A DNA stretch of 29,929 nucleotides from a virus (taxonomy: Duplodnaviria > Caudoviricetes). Position 1 is the stretch's first letter. Each line of letters opens with the position of its first letter. The stretch covers positions 1 through 29,929 of IMG/VR virus record IMGVR_UViG_3300017911_000323; one strand, written 5' to 3'. This document shows positions 11,501 through 19,605 of this stretch, one piece after another. Both the position numbers and the translations under genes were made by a program. Below the pieces are notes generated by a model. It had not been told where the DNA came from and did no database searches. It was given only the letters and a program-made list of their open reading frames with translations.

Positions 11501-13132
11501 AATTGATGACATCCATTTACGAACACCTTTAACTAATTCTTCAGGTAAACCTACATTCTCAAACTTTGAACCAATGTGTGTAAGTACTTGATTCCATATC
11601 TCTAGAACTTCATTCATGTTTTCTATAGCATTGACTGGTTGTTCTAACTCAGGATTAAGTATCTTAGCCTTTTGTGCTATTGCTAAGTCTGCTAATTTAT
11701 CTAATGCAGGATTTGCAATATCATCATCTACTTTTGCAAACTTCATCCAATCTCTTAAATCAAAGAATGATTGGTCTAAATCATTTACATAAAGTTTAGG
11801 TACAGGAAAAGCAGAAAATATTCTACCTAACTGTGAATCATCAATAGATTTCTTGACAGCACCTTTTACACCAACTGCTTGTCCAAAATCACCTGCTATT
11901 GCTCTACCTAAACCAGAAGATATTTTTCCTCTCATTACTAATGATGTAGGATTTAGTTTATTTAATACTTGTCTTTCTTCTATTGCATCAATAAGTAAAC
12001 TTTGTATTTCACCTCTGCTATTACTATCTTTCAAAGCTTTATGTAAAGTTGCATCTCCTTGTCCTTTTAATAAGTTATTAATTGTTTGAAAGTCATCAGC
12101 TAATACAAACTGGTCAACTATCTTTTGACCTGCTTTAGTTTTAGTAATGTACTGAGTTGCAGAAGGAATATGAACTGTTTTTCTTATAGCGTTGTTTATA
12201 ACTCCAGCTCTAGATAATGCTATAGATTGGTCTAAACTTCTAACAGCTTTACCTGCTTTATTAAGATATCCACCAACTAATATTGTTGGGTCAGCTAGTA
12301 AAGTTAATGCACCATCAACTACACCTGACACTAAGTTATAAGCTCTAGTACCAGGTTCTATAACAGAAGCTACAAGTGGTGCTGCAGGAGTTAACTTAAT
12401 TGTTTGACCACTTCTAGATTTAAAAGTTAAACCTTCATCTCTAGCTCTTTCCTGATTAGTTATATCTTGACCATAATACGATTGAACTATCTCTTTAGTT
12501 TGTTCTGGGTCTGCACCTCTAGCAATCATTTCTTTATATATATCTGTTTCTTCAGCTACTGTAGAGTTTGCAAAGTATCCTTCACCTAGGTTTACCTTTT
12601 TACCTGCTGTTAAGTTCTTTAATGCTTCTCTACCTACAGATGGACCTAATTGCTTTTTAACCTTTTGCCATTCATTCATTGCATCTCTATTTGTGTATAG
12701 TTGCAACATTGCACCAGCTAAACCAATACCTTCATTGTATTTTTTGTCATTAAGGTATTTCTGTGTAGCTAATAAAGGTTTTTTAACTAACTCATCTTGT
12801 AAAGAATCAAATACTGTAAATGCAGTTCTTATAGTTCCTCTACCTACAGCTTTTAATTTATCCCAGAAATTCTTTTCAGTATCTAACCATCTCTCCACAA
12901 TAGGTGCTAGCTCAGGACTTTCTGTAGTTAAACCTATTAAAGAAGCACCAACTAATACATCTTTTGGTAAATAAAAATGTTCTTGTATTAAGCCTTGTAA
13001 GTTTTGTGATAGTTGAGGATTAGCTTCAATATAGCTAGTTATAGTTTTGGCTTGTTGTATTCTATCTTCTTGTGCTTGATTTTCATAATCTTGCATATAT
13101 GGTGGTTGCCACCACCATCTTACCTCTGCCAT
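5558..13132 (-). CDS. Giant internal virion/ejection (polyvalent-type) protein, 2524 aa, with SLOG(cpYpsA)-, ASCH- and NADAR-like inserts
   Basis: Size and position after portal; GGAGA RBS; motifs TGAEQAALDIAEELG, DLILDGKRTSTTR, NSDGVLVI, FEVSSRGD..FSAL..GRTIEDVWQ. Confidence 0.8.
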   Translation of the reverse strand: MAEVRWWWQPPYMQDYENQAQEDRIQQAKTITSYIEANPQLSQNLQGLIQEHFYLPKDVLVGASLIGLTTESPELAPIVERWLDTEKNFWDKLKAVGRGTIRTAFTVFDSLQDELVKKPLLATQKYLNDKKYNEGIGLAGAMLQLYTNRDAMNEWQKVKKQLGPSVGREALKNLTAGKKVNLGEGYFANSTVAEETDIYKEMIARGADPEQTKEIVQSYYGQDITNQERARDEGLTFKSRSGQTIKLTPAAPLVASVIEPGTRAYNLVSGVVDGALTLLADPTILVGGYLNKAGKAVRSLDQSIALSRAGVINNAIRKTVHIPSATQYITKTKAGQKIVDQFVLADDFQTINNLLKGQGDATLHKALKDSNSRGEIQSLLIDAIEERQVLNKLNPTSLVMRGKISSGLGRAIAGDFGQAVGVKGAVKKSIDDSQLGRIFSAFPVPKLYVNDLDQSFFDLRDWMKFAKVDDDIANPALDKLADLAIAQKAKILNPELEQPVNAIENMNEVLEIWNQVLTHIGSKFENVGLPEELVKGVRKWMSSIDQTRMYFVNELGELEWFVGSKYEIIPKETRELVAEALSPDETRLLTERIISKFRKNKKVDSSEVDDVLRRIQEAANNITEPEARQLVQRINSGYYTGAEQAALDIAEELGIGTAGRVPYGYTGKVAAGAIDTTNMSRHGMNFEMLPDENIYGLNTTTMDLILDGKRTSTTRSEGAWAVGFGKQKGEEFSLPFRGQRILFTDNKGREVAVEVTKIRKLPKDLFTNPQRRVLLEDIISKEGWTENAFQKRMYEKGLDKGFPMYQIEYKPLNIEGRYDSNRQRMLQLGLSDNLNSDIARMEYDWGTLSDKVKVELQDELNKLPRQKQGKVKLAMSQLEESEKAASRLNAARESLQTQKDGIIAKYSPTKANIGFARLRIAESKGYVKTNQKKTVILDNGTEIQVPLYQQRDGDNLQTLSEIVKEDEAVAWLQANKKIELDNPVTKEAFELKTVTREAYIDEVTGEKVIDEISEEIARGRGRQTAVTLDQAIANLDENLNRIQKQVQDQVAFLENNIPKFKELQSVNAKKPKYDELTKDWGSIEPTADDFRKAAADNLSNSDGVLVILSDADKPGKGLKSSKNFLENGKWDDLEDSLPFEVSSRGDTLGQQFSALFAEFKSGPYAGRTIEDVWQNTIKKSGKNKPPARDSILYGQGLYKSKIEYEKLWSMWAAENPDLIQNLANKMNKGFKLVDSFSKPGRVNQAEALTNILNKKGLIGKQVDLSPGLYQGNIPHIVVNPNKAYTADEIREIQQFIKTNKINDLGVVGSSGLTADESVQLKTLMDNIIFQTESTDNLTNTVGNLSRTLEDYLDSTDDLGDLVINEGEIRGMLDELIDELKNINFVDKIEEGQVSKARPTAHLISEYYNDGFIPMPDARLFLRVFRPMRELGLRLRGKGSLPQEDFDKLLAKPISDLAELALKEDRTIQENVKLWIKSARTKIKMNVDEDGINQISEGLLTQIADGYMQRLWKPSVLIRPAWVLRVVGEEQMRMWAADLDNVFAHPLSALSWVIGRKPQRNRQFLQKEREALRDDYLADTWNLGRGEKDILDESLEISVEWQQAASQSHSGILFGLDPRRARGFKTVGKGEGGFYNAWSSEIIQLHSDELASRIADATIVGEPTSEAFVNSINKIKEDFWSGDLSQWRKALVANSDDDAKQLKKLIMEDKKWSDSYIESIVARVHLKTGGKYRAFEVVNGKKIPLDLETPRPTNPNNVIRYEIEKTGDHELLRHIATGYKDDADQFVEIFNSKSKEYEKIPFNRKMSRSEFRKYSSWLNNYKSDAVGDSFKVKASRFEADRDYAARADQIIETFYATLMGVPTNELSRSSAFRQFYWRFIEGAYANMDDVARAKILEQAKDVMGRSLPGSKASKFIKNLETMGKADVTKAITVDDLRAIDDLAKSYALQETKGLLYDLNKRHVIADQLRLIFPFAEVYLEIAGTWTKLLKTQKTLFGRKLQRTVEAFRKPSVFGTEEDEGFFTTDEQTGQEMYNMAGFDFGFNVDRMLNNPDESDVAINPITGRPDIGTPSVKAKMKGYASGLNMVAGSVVPGLGPLASLPASAVLPSRQTIDDVFFPYGRPEGDWYDPRFYVNSALPNWYKKILAAGGSLDKDLDRQYANEVKSVLRAMMTTGIYDDSSPAAEQESLQRARKTASQMLLIRGIVQAIAPTGPVTKYEYNIGPEGSKFLDPTKIKDEDPNHHYFAETVLSDAYYQFLAEFQGDRIQATGKFIKMFGFDPTALLTSKSKRIRPSSYTVEGGYFYKQNKEIMDKHPDVAYYMFPDSPLDEFDYQAWADAFTAGDRIDLTDEQYKQAVRQAQGSLAYENFRRMLMDGPMFTRVPLNKKFEQLYLFRLQLQKQFPGYGQTSTVAPSLDTNSKIELFINFVNTEQDTEITMPDGSKTFVKDLPAIQGAMQYIITRQFLLEGIRQRYGANASISRAEASEARKILRNTASQLMTKYPDFYYVYYDLFRLEAEEQSLGTGYF

Positions 13133-13139
13133 AATTCTC

Positions 13140-13475
13140 CTATAAGTTTTTAAGCAAAGCTGCTATTTCTTTACTAGGTAATACTCTGTACATAGCCTGT
13201 AATATCATCTCTGCATCGTTTGCTAAGAAAGGTGCATCAGTAGCAGAAAGTCTTGTATTAGCAGCCTCAAAAGGTCTTTCAGTACTTCTATAAGCATCTT
13301 GTATCAACCTACCTAAGTTTGCTGGTGTTTGTTGTTGTTCTACATTTTCTGGTGCTTCTACAACTGGTTCTTCTACAGCAGCCATAGGTGCTGCACCTTG
13401 TAATGTATCTAACTCAGTAGCACCACCATATCGCTCTGCTTGAAATTCTCTTTTAGGTTGTCTGTTTCTAGACAT
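13140..13475 (-). CDS. Hypothetical protein (likely start MSRNRQ)
   Basis: GGAGG RBS before ATG at 13475; late operon. Confidence 0.7.
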   Translation of the reverse strand: MSRNRQPKREFQAERYGGATELDTLQGAAPMAAVEEPVVEAPENVEQQQTPANLGRLIQDAYRSTERPFEAANTRLSATDAPFLANDAEMILQAMYRVLPSKEIAALLKNL

Positions 13476-13689
13476 TATATCCTCCACTCTCATCTGGAGT
13501 AAATACAATATCTATTCTGCCTACACCAGGAAGTACAGCTACTGTAATTACTTCATATGTTGTATAGTCTATTAAATGACCATCTTCTCCATCTACTAAA
13601 TAATCTTCTTCATAAACATATTCTTCAGGAAAATTTTGTGCAACTATCTTTGCAAATTCAATATCTGTTGGTTCTGGAACTGCTGGCAT
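13468..13689 (-). CDS. Small acidic hypothetical protein (73 aa)
   Basis: TAATG coupling to portal, GGAGG RBS. Confidence 0.65.
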   Translation of the reverse strand: MPAVPEPTDIEFAKIVAQNFPEEYVYEEDYLVDGEDGHLIDYTTYEVITVAVLPGVGRIDIVFTPDESGGYNV

Positions 13690-15425
13690 TACCCACCTCC
13701 CAGTAGTGCAGCTAAGTTAGGTGGACCTTGTGGTCCTGCTGGTCCTTGCTGCCCCATCATTTGTTGCTGTAACATAGCTTGTTCTTCTGGACTTGGTTCA
13801 TCACCAGTAGCACTAAAGAACTTTTCTAATATATTTCCAATACGCTTTGGATTATTGTATATCTCTACTATTGCCATCATTGCAGATTTATCACCCTGTT
13901 GGGATTGTTGCAATAACATCTGATATAAAACATCTTCTGTCTTTTGTTTTGTAATTCTTTCGTTAATCTGTGATAGATTCTCTAAACCATCCATTTCTTG
14001 TTGCATAGTTTCTCTATCTATAATTCCAGCTTGCATTAGCTGTAAACCTGTAATTATTTTATTAGGAGCATCGAAAGAAGCCATAGCTCCATACTTTCTT
14101 TTAGTTACATAGTTTTTATCTATGTCACTAGCAGGAGTATAGCTTTCTGAGAATGATGCACCTTTGTAAGTACCTGTTAAAGGTTTTCTTTTATTAGCAA
14201 AAAGTATCTCATCTAACTCAAGTCTTTTAGCATCTACTTCTTGCAAAGCATATTCTAATATTGTGTGATACTCATTAACCATTTGACTTACGCCAGATTC
14301 CAGTTCCTCCAGACCTCTACCTGTTACAAATGAATTTGGTGATATAGCATCGTCCTGAACTGGATACCCAGCAACAACTCTTAATTGTCTTTCTAATCTA
14401 CCTACAGCTTCAAACAACTGATATGGCAAGTTAGTAACTGGTTTTACTACTTGTGAACCAGGAGTTAAATAGTTTATTGCATTTCTACCTTTTCTATATT
14501 GTCCTGATTCTATTTCTCCAACAATATTAGTTTCTGTAAATACAGCATCTTCCATAGCTATAACAGATAAAATGTTTATCTTAGCCATAGATGCCATTAG
14601 TCCTACTACTTGGTCAAACTGACCTTGTAATCTATCAAAACTAAATCTTTTAGCAACTACAAATGCTGGTCCTGATTTAAGTGGATTAGGTACAAAATCT
14701 ACAATTTTCTTTGATGCAACATGAACTACATATGTTCCTTCAATATTCATGTACTCTAATATGACATCACCTGACTCATTAGAGTTTTCCCAACTACCAT
14801 CATCTGTGTAGTTAAGGTTGTAACTATCCCAAGATTCTTTTTCATCATCTTCACTTTCAAACCAGCTTTTAAGTTCAGGGTACATTTCCATAAGTTTTCT
14901 TATAGGTACTTTCTGAATTATTGCTAATTCATCTGGTTGTTGTGTATTTCCAAAATAACCAGGAAAACAATCGTATGGATTTCTTAGTTCTGCACAAGGA
15001 TACATATGACCATTCATATCCATCTTTGTTGTTATTACCCAGACTGCAAATCCATATCCTGGTAACCACCTAGCTACTTGAGGTAATTGTAATTCTAATT
15101 TTTGCATACTGTCATATGCAGAAACAATTCTTTCTAGCTTATCTTTTTTAGCTTTGTTTCTTTGTGAATCTCTAGCATTTGTAATATGAACATCTAAAGA
15201 AGGTACTTTACCTATCTTTTGTGACAATCTATCTAATGCAGATAACATTAAGTTAGGTGCTGGTATAGTATAAGCTTCGTTGTTATCTAATCCAGGACCA
15301 AGTAATTGTCTTAATCCATCCTCTCCACCATTTAAAATTGCTCTAAATCTTGCTCTATCTATGAGAACATCATCATGCATTTTTTTCAGATGTGTTGCTC
15401 TCTCAATAATATCTTGCGGTTTCAT
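13689..15425 (-). CDS. Portal (head-tail connector) protein
   Basis: 578 aa directly after terminase; portal-like size and Q/G/P-rich C-terminal tail. Confidence 0.8.
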   Translation of the reverse strand: MKPQDIIERATHLKKMHDDVLIDRARFRAILNGGEDGLRQLLGPGLDNNEAYTIPAPNLMLSALDRLSQKIGKVPSLDVHITNARDSQRNKAKKDKLERIVSAYDSMQKLELQLPQVARWLPGYGFAVWVITTKMDMNGHMYPCAELRNPYDCFPGYFGNTQQPDELAIIQKVPIRKLMEMYPELKSWFESEDDEKESWDSYNLNYTDDGSWENSNESGDVILEYMNIEGTYVVHVASKKIVDFVPNPLKSGPAFVVAKRFSFDRLQGQFDQVVGLMASMAKINILSVIAMEDAVFTETNIVGEIESGQYRKGRNAINYLTPGSQVVKPVTNLPYQLFEAVGRLERQLRVVAGYPVQDDAISPNSFVTGRGLEELESGVSQMVNEYHTILEYALQEVDAKRLELDEILFANKRKPLTGTYKGASFSESYTPASDIDKNYVTKRKYGAMASFDAPNKIITGLQLMQAGIIDRETMQQEMDGLENLSQINERITKQKTEDVLYQMLLQQSQQGDKSAMMAIVEIYNNPKRIGNILEKFFSATGDEPSPEEQAMLQQQMMGQQGPAGPQGPPNLAALLGGG

Positions 15426-17336
15426 TTAACTCCAGGGTGTTTCATTCCATTGTATACTATTATAACCTTCAAAGCTAGGAGTGTAGTCGATTCCTATATC
15501 AGCATAAACAAGTTTTGTCAACTGTCTAATAACTTTCATTGGAAACCAACTAGCCATTACAACATCTGATTTATAACCTCTACCACCTTTACCTTTAGAT
15601 GCAAAGTAAACTAACTGTTTTGTATAGGTAATTGACTTTTGTTGTGCATCAGCATCTAAGAATGGTAGTTCTATCATTTCATCGCTAAACATAGGTGCTA
15701 ATGATGTAACACCAAATTTTTCATCCCATTTATTTTTATGAGTTTCGTGTCCTTCTAACTTAATACCTTGAACATTACAATATTCTTTTATTCGTTGGTC
15801 TTGCCTAATAGCTTTTTGAAAACCATTTTCTTCTATTACCCAGTGATAACAATTGTATTTTTCATACCAAGTCTTAATTAATTGAAATGCTTCATCTAAT
15901 CCACCACCATGATGATTTTCCATATCTACCATAGTTAGTTTTATTTCTGAACCTGTTTCTACTGCCCACAAAAATCCTGCTTGATAACCTGTTGCAGCAG
16001 GGTCTAGTCCAGCAACTAAGTAAGAACCTGATGGTATATGTCCTAATGGCATACTAGGTCTGTAACATTTCTCTATTTGTTCAGGATTAAACAATCTTAA
16101 ACTATCACTATGTGCTTTGTTTAAATAAACCATTTCAAAATTCTTAAGACCACCAGTAGTCATAGCATCACGCTTTCTATCCATTAACCATTTGAATGTT
16201 CTTTTACTACCCCACAACATACAATCAACATGTTCTTCTTCTTCAAACTCTGGTTTTACACATAAGCTATCATGTGCTTCTTCTACTATTGTTTCCCATG
16301 CTTCTGATTCTAAAAGAGCAGAATACAAATCATCTGGGTGCTGTCTTGAACCAATCACCAACATAGCTGTATGTTCCTCTTTTCTAGAACCTAAAGTTGT
16401 TGTCCACCAATTCTTAGTATTATTTCTAGATGATGGTTGCATAGTAGAACTGTGGTCTTCAATGTCGTCAGCAATAATTATGTCACAGTCACGAGAAAGT
16501 ATCTTACCACCTCTACCAATACCAATCATTGTAGGAGATTTAATACCTGATACAGTTCGTGTAGATACTGTAAAACCATTTCTAGACCACATCTTTCCTG
16601 CTCTAGTTGCAGGTTTAAAAGAACCATTAGGTCCACAAAAATCTTCTTTTAACTTTTCGTTTTGTTCTAGTGTATCCATAACAGACATAACAGAGTTCAT
16701 AGCAATATCTTCGTTACCACCTACCCACATAATTCTGATATTAGGATTTCTACATATAAGCCAAATAACAAAGTGTATAAGTAATTCTGTCTTACCATGT
16801 CGAGGTGGACTTAATATCATTTGCTGACCACCATTAAGTAAAGCTTTATTAATACCTTTTATCCATCTGTTGTGAAAGTCTGCTGTCTCAAAAGGTACTC
16901 CCTGTTCTGTAAGAAAGTATCTATCTCTAAATTCTGTAAAGTCTTCTAATGATTGCAAAGCATCAGTAGATACTTCCCATTCAGCAACTTCCTTATCTTT
17001 TCTAGCATCTTCTTCAAAAGCACCAAGTAATCTAGATATGTGTGCTGGTGTACATTTAAGCTCCTCAGCTATTTGATTTCTATTTAATCTGCCTTGTATT
17101 AAGTCCATGGCGTAACCTTCATTAACAAACTTGTCGTATAAAGCACCTCTACGAACTTGCGTTACTTTACCTTTGTTAACTTCTTTTATCTCTGGTTGGT
17201 ACTCTCTGCCTTTTTCTTTATATCTAGCTTTGCGTTTAGACTCTCTGTAATAACAAGTTTTACCACAGTATTTAGTTTTTCCAGGCGGTAAAAGGTTTTC
17301 GCATTCAGGTGCAATGCAAATTACATTCTTTACCAT
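15426..17336 (-). CDS. terL: Terminase large subunit with N-terminal Zn-finger/HTH extension
   Basis: Walker A PPRHGKT, Walker B IIIADD, nuclease motifs AGLDPA and SDVVMA. Confidence 0.93.
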   Translation of the reverse strand: MVKNVICIAPECENLLPPGKTKYCGKTCYYRESKRKARYKEKGREYQPEIKEVNKGKVTQVRRGALYDKFVNEGYAMDLIQGRLNRNQIAEELKCTPAHISRLLGAFEEDARKDKEVAEWEVSTDALQSLEDFTEFRDRYFLTEQGVPFETADFHNRWIKGINKALLNGGQQMILSPPRHGKTELLIHFVIWLICRNPNIRIMWVGGNEDIAMNSVMSVMDTLEQNEKLKEDFCGPNGSFKPATRAGKMWSRNGFTVSTRTVSGIKSPTMIGIGRGGKILSRDCDIIIADDIEDHSSTMQPSSRNNTKNWWTTTLGSRKEEHTAMLVIGSRQHPDDLYSALLESEAWETIVEEAHDSLCVKPEFEEEEHVDCMLWGSKRTFKWLMDRKRDAMTTGGLKNFEMVYLNKAHSDSLRLFNPEQIEKCYRPSMPLGHIPSGSYLVAGLDPAATGYQAGFLWAVETGSEIKLTMVDMENHHGGGLDEAFQLIKTWYEKYNCYHWVIEENGFQKAIRQDQRIKEYCNVQGIKLEGHETHKNKWDEKFGVTSLAPMFSDEMIELPFLDADAQQKSITYTKQLVYFASKGKGGRGYKSDVVMASWFPMKVIRQLTKLVYADIGIDYTPSFEGYNSIQWNETPWS

Positions 17337-17620
17337 TTGACTTTATCAGCCCAGTATGCTGCGGACATCTTGCCCTTTTTAATATTTTTAGCATGCCTGG
17401 CTTTAAAAGATTTTCTCCTTGCTTTTTGTTTTGCTGATGATGGACTCTTACCTGCACCTTTTACACCTTGTTGTCCAAATCTAATTAACTTTAATTTATG
17501 ACCTTCTTGTGCTAATACAACATGTGATTTCTTAGGATGTTTAGGTGTACGCTTTGGTTTGTTTACACCTTTAAGTCCATGCTTTTTAAGTAATGCTTTT
17601 TTACGATTATCGTGTGCCAT
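17330..17620 (-). CDS. Lys/Arg-rich small viral protein (96 aa)
   Basis: IRFGQQG...RRKSFKARH...SAAYWA pattern recalled from small basic proteins of marine phages/giant viruses; TAATG coupling. Confidence 0.8.
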   Translation of the reverse strand: MAHDNRKKALLKKHGLKGVNKPKRTPKHPKKSHVVLAQEGHKLKLIRFGQQGVKGAGKSPSSAKQKARRKSFKARHAKNIKKGKMSAAYWADKVKW

Positions 17621-17814
17621 TATTTCTTTTTCTTCTTAGTAGCTCTTGATTTCTGTACAGCTTTCAAATCTATTCTCCTGCCTTCTTTATACGCTTTAGC
17701 AGTCCTTTTAATCTCACGAGCAACACTCGACTTTGAATTTTTTTTATTCTTAAGATATTTTGCAGGTACTCCTTTTTCATACTTTACCTTGCGTCTACTT
17801 TTTTTTCTTGGCAC
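17620..17814 (-). CDS. Very basic small protein (about 64 aa, MPRKKSRRKV...)
   Basis: GTG at 17814 with AAAGG upstream; coupled to downstream gene. Confidence 0.65.
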   Translation of the reverse strand: MPRKKSRRKVKYEKGVPAKYLKNKKNSKSSVAREIKRTAKAYKEGRRIDLKAVQKSRATKKKKK

Positions 17815-18082
17815 GAGACTTACCTTTTTTCTTGATGTCGTTATCTTGAGAATGTCCACCTCTAATAAAACTATTTACTCTACCCATAGCCCAAGCAGCC
17901 ATAGAAGCAGATTTACTACCACTAGATAAATAAGCGCCTTGTCCTCTGCGGTAGACCTGCGCCAACTGTCCGTAAGTATATTTAGAGTTTTTAGCCTTCT
18001 TTTGCAAAGTAGCTTTAGTCTTAGCATTAATAGGCTTTCTTGCAGGTTTTTTTCTGCTACTACTCTTCTTCTTTGGCGGCAT
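17795..18082 (-). CDS. Basic small viral protein (MPPKKK...)
   Basis: GGAG RBS; QVYRRGQGAY..SG...WAMGRVNSF pattern recalled from viral DUF proteins. Confidence 0.8.
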   Translation of the reverse strand: MPPKKKSSSRKKPARKPINAKTKATLQKKAKNSKYTYGQLAQVYRRGQGAYLSSGSKSASMAAWAMGRVNSFIRGGHSQDNDIKKKGKSRAKKKK

Positions 18083-18263
18083 TTGCAATCTCCATATTCT
18101 GGTTATAATTTACAACAAATTTATCTACCAATGCATCTATCTTAGAAATGTTTGGTTTCTTATTGGTAATTATACTACCACATGCATCTGATAGTTCCAT
18201 AGCCCACTTTTTTAATTCTTGTGGGCTAGAGAAAATGTTTGCTCCACTCTTTATCTTAGCCAT
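18060..18263 (-). CDS. Hypothetical protein (67 aa)
   Basis: TAATG-coupled to upstream peptide; fills operon. Confidence 0.6.
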   Translation of the reverse strand: MAKIKSGANIFSSPQELKKWAMELSDACGSIITNKKPNISKIDALVDKFVVNYNQNMEIANAAKEEE

Positions 18264-18334
18264 TAGAGTTTTTTGTACTTACTCTTCTTCTTGGCTTTGT
18301 ATCTCATTTTTTTGCCTTTTTTGTCTATTGGCAC
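18263..18334 (-). CDS. 23-aa protamine-like peptide MPIDKKGKKMRYKAKKKSKYKKL
   Basis: AGGAGA RBS, GTG start, stop overlaps next ATG; below ORF-track cutoff. Confidence 0.6.
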   Translation of the reverse strand: MPIDKKGKKMRYKAKKKSKYKKL

Positions 18335-18446
18335 GATTTCTCCTAACTTGTACATTATATTTTATACAACCTAGATTAACACATTGCCACTTTTTATTCT
18401 TTAATTCTATTTGTTTTCCACACTTGTCACAGTGATTGTTTAACAT
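18279..18446 (-). CDS. 55-aa Zn-ribbon protein (CDKC...CVNLGC)
   Basis: Manually translated; TATAAT 7 nt before ATG suggests a leaderless transcript. Confidence 0.6.
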   Translation of the reverse strand: MLNNHCDKCGKQIELKNKKWQCVNLGCIKYNVQVRRNRANRQKRQKNEIQSQEEE

Positions 18447-18459
18447 TCTATGTATTATA
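18447..18459 (-). promoter_or_regulatory. -10 box TATAAT for probable leaderless mRNA
   Basis: TATAAT (18459-18454) + 7 nt + ATG, no RBS. Confidence 0.45.
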
Positions 18460-18979
18460 GTTTATCTAACAAATGGTAGCTAACATTAAACTCACCACAT
18501 ACTCCAGTGTTTATAAGGTCTTCAATAGGTACTATCAATGAGCGTGAAAAAAAATTTTTATTTTGAGCATCTACAATTCTGTATTCTTTGTTTATTACCC
18601 AGTCCATGATATAAGGAATTAACCTATCTGGATTCCAGTAAAGGACACGACTAGTTGGATATACCCAGTACATGAGAAAGTCAGGGAATGTTTTTAATGC
18701 ACATCCTATACGCTTGTCTGTATCCCCATACACTACTTGTATTTCTAATGCTACATTCCCTGTCTCCTCTGCTCTAGTGTCGGTTTTTACTTCGACATAC
18801 CTAGTGCCTAATTCTTGATTCATAATAAAGAAATCTGCACCTTTTAGTTGTTCTTCTTTAAATGCATCTCTAACTATATATTTTCTTTTACCTTCATCTG
18901 TCTGTTGTGATTCGTAGTAAGACTTAATTAGTTTCTCACCTTTCTTACCAACTTCTAGTTGTTCATCAAAATCAAACAT
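18455..18979 (-). CDS. PD-(D/E)XK restriction-endonuclease-fold protein
   Basis: GKKGE...GADF...VEVKTD...TGNVALE motif arrangement. Confidence 0.7.
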   Translation of the reverse strand: MFDFDEQLEVGKKGEKLIKSYYESQQTDEGKRKYIVRDAFKEEQLKGADFFIMNQELGTRYVEVKTDTRAEETGNVALEIQVVYGDTDKRIGCALKTFPDFLMYWVYPTSRVLYWNPDRLIPYIMDWVINKEYRIVDAQNKNFFSRSLIVPIEDLINTGVCGEFNVSYHLLDKL

Positions 18980-19274
18980 TTGGATTCTCTACTTCATACA
19001 TAGTGTAGGTTACTGTTAGTTCCTCACCAGCTTCTATAGGTCTAATTGTCCATAAAAACTTATGTCCTTCTAATTCACTTAACTTACAGTTAGGTTTGTC
19101 ACTATGATTAATAAAACCACCTAATGGTGTTCTAATTATTCTTGTACCTAATATTACATGCGTATTACCTAGGTTCGTATCTGAACCTATATGCATCATT
19201 GTAAATAAACCTAATCCATCTAAGTCACTAGGTTTAATTGTTAATCCCAATGGTAGGGGTCTATAAGTTGCCAT
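18972..19274 (-). CDS. Minimal SET-domain protein-lysine methyltransferase
   Basis: DGLGLF, FINHSDKPNC and IEAGEELTVTY SET motifs; AAGGAAGG RBS. Confidence 0.92.
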   Translation of the reverse strand: MATYRPLPLGLTIKPSDLDGLGLFTMMHIGSDTNLGNTHVILGTRIIRTPLGGFINHSDKPNCKLSELEGHKFLWTIRPIEAGEELTVTYTMYEVENPNV

Positions 19275-19425
19275 TATTACCTTCCTTTAACTTGTTATAT
19301 ATTTAGTATAGTACTATAGTTATTTTAACAGGCATCATTAACTACCTGCTCTAGGAAATAGTTTTTGAGAACAGGCGAACTTATAAAGTGGACTAGCAGG
19401 ACCATGGTAACTAGCGTTAGAGGCT

Positions 19426-19461
19426 ATTACTTCACATATTTATTTATAGGTCAAGTCGAAC
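19426..19461 (-). promoter_or_regulatory. Leftward copy of conserved element GTTYGACTTGACCTAT-N14-AGTAAT
   Basis: Inverted twin of 20108-20143; TTGACC-N17-AGTAAT spacing identical in both. Confidence 0.55.
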
Positions 19462-19605
19462 AAACATTATTGTCACTAAACTTATTTACTGGCTGGGAGG
19501 GAGTGACACAGGGCTCGCTGTACGCAAAACACACTCCAATCGTACTATAAAGAAAAGTATCTAAAATACTTTCTCTTTACTGTAAGAGTGTGCTAAAATA
19601 GGACA

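Noticed and set aside
5558-13132. Virion RNA polymerase
   Set aside because: No DxDGD or T7-type polymerase catalytic motif recognised
4-18435. Plus-strand ORFs (e.g. 1664-2344, 9627-10289, 16192-16827)
   Set aside because: Antisense shadows of long minus-strand genes; Ser/Phe/Leu-rich, no RBS noticed
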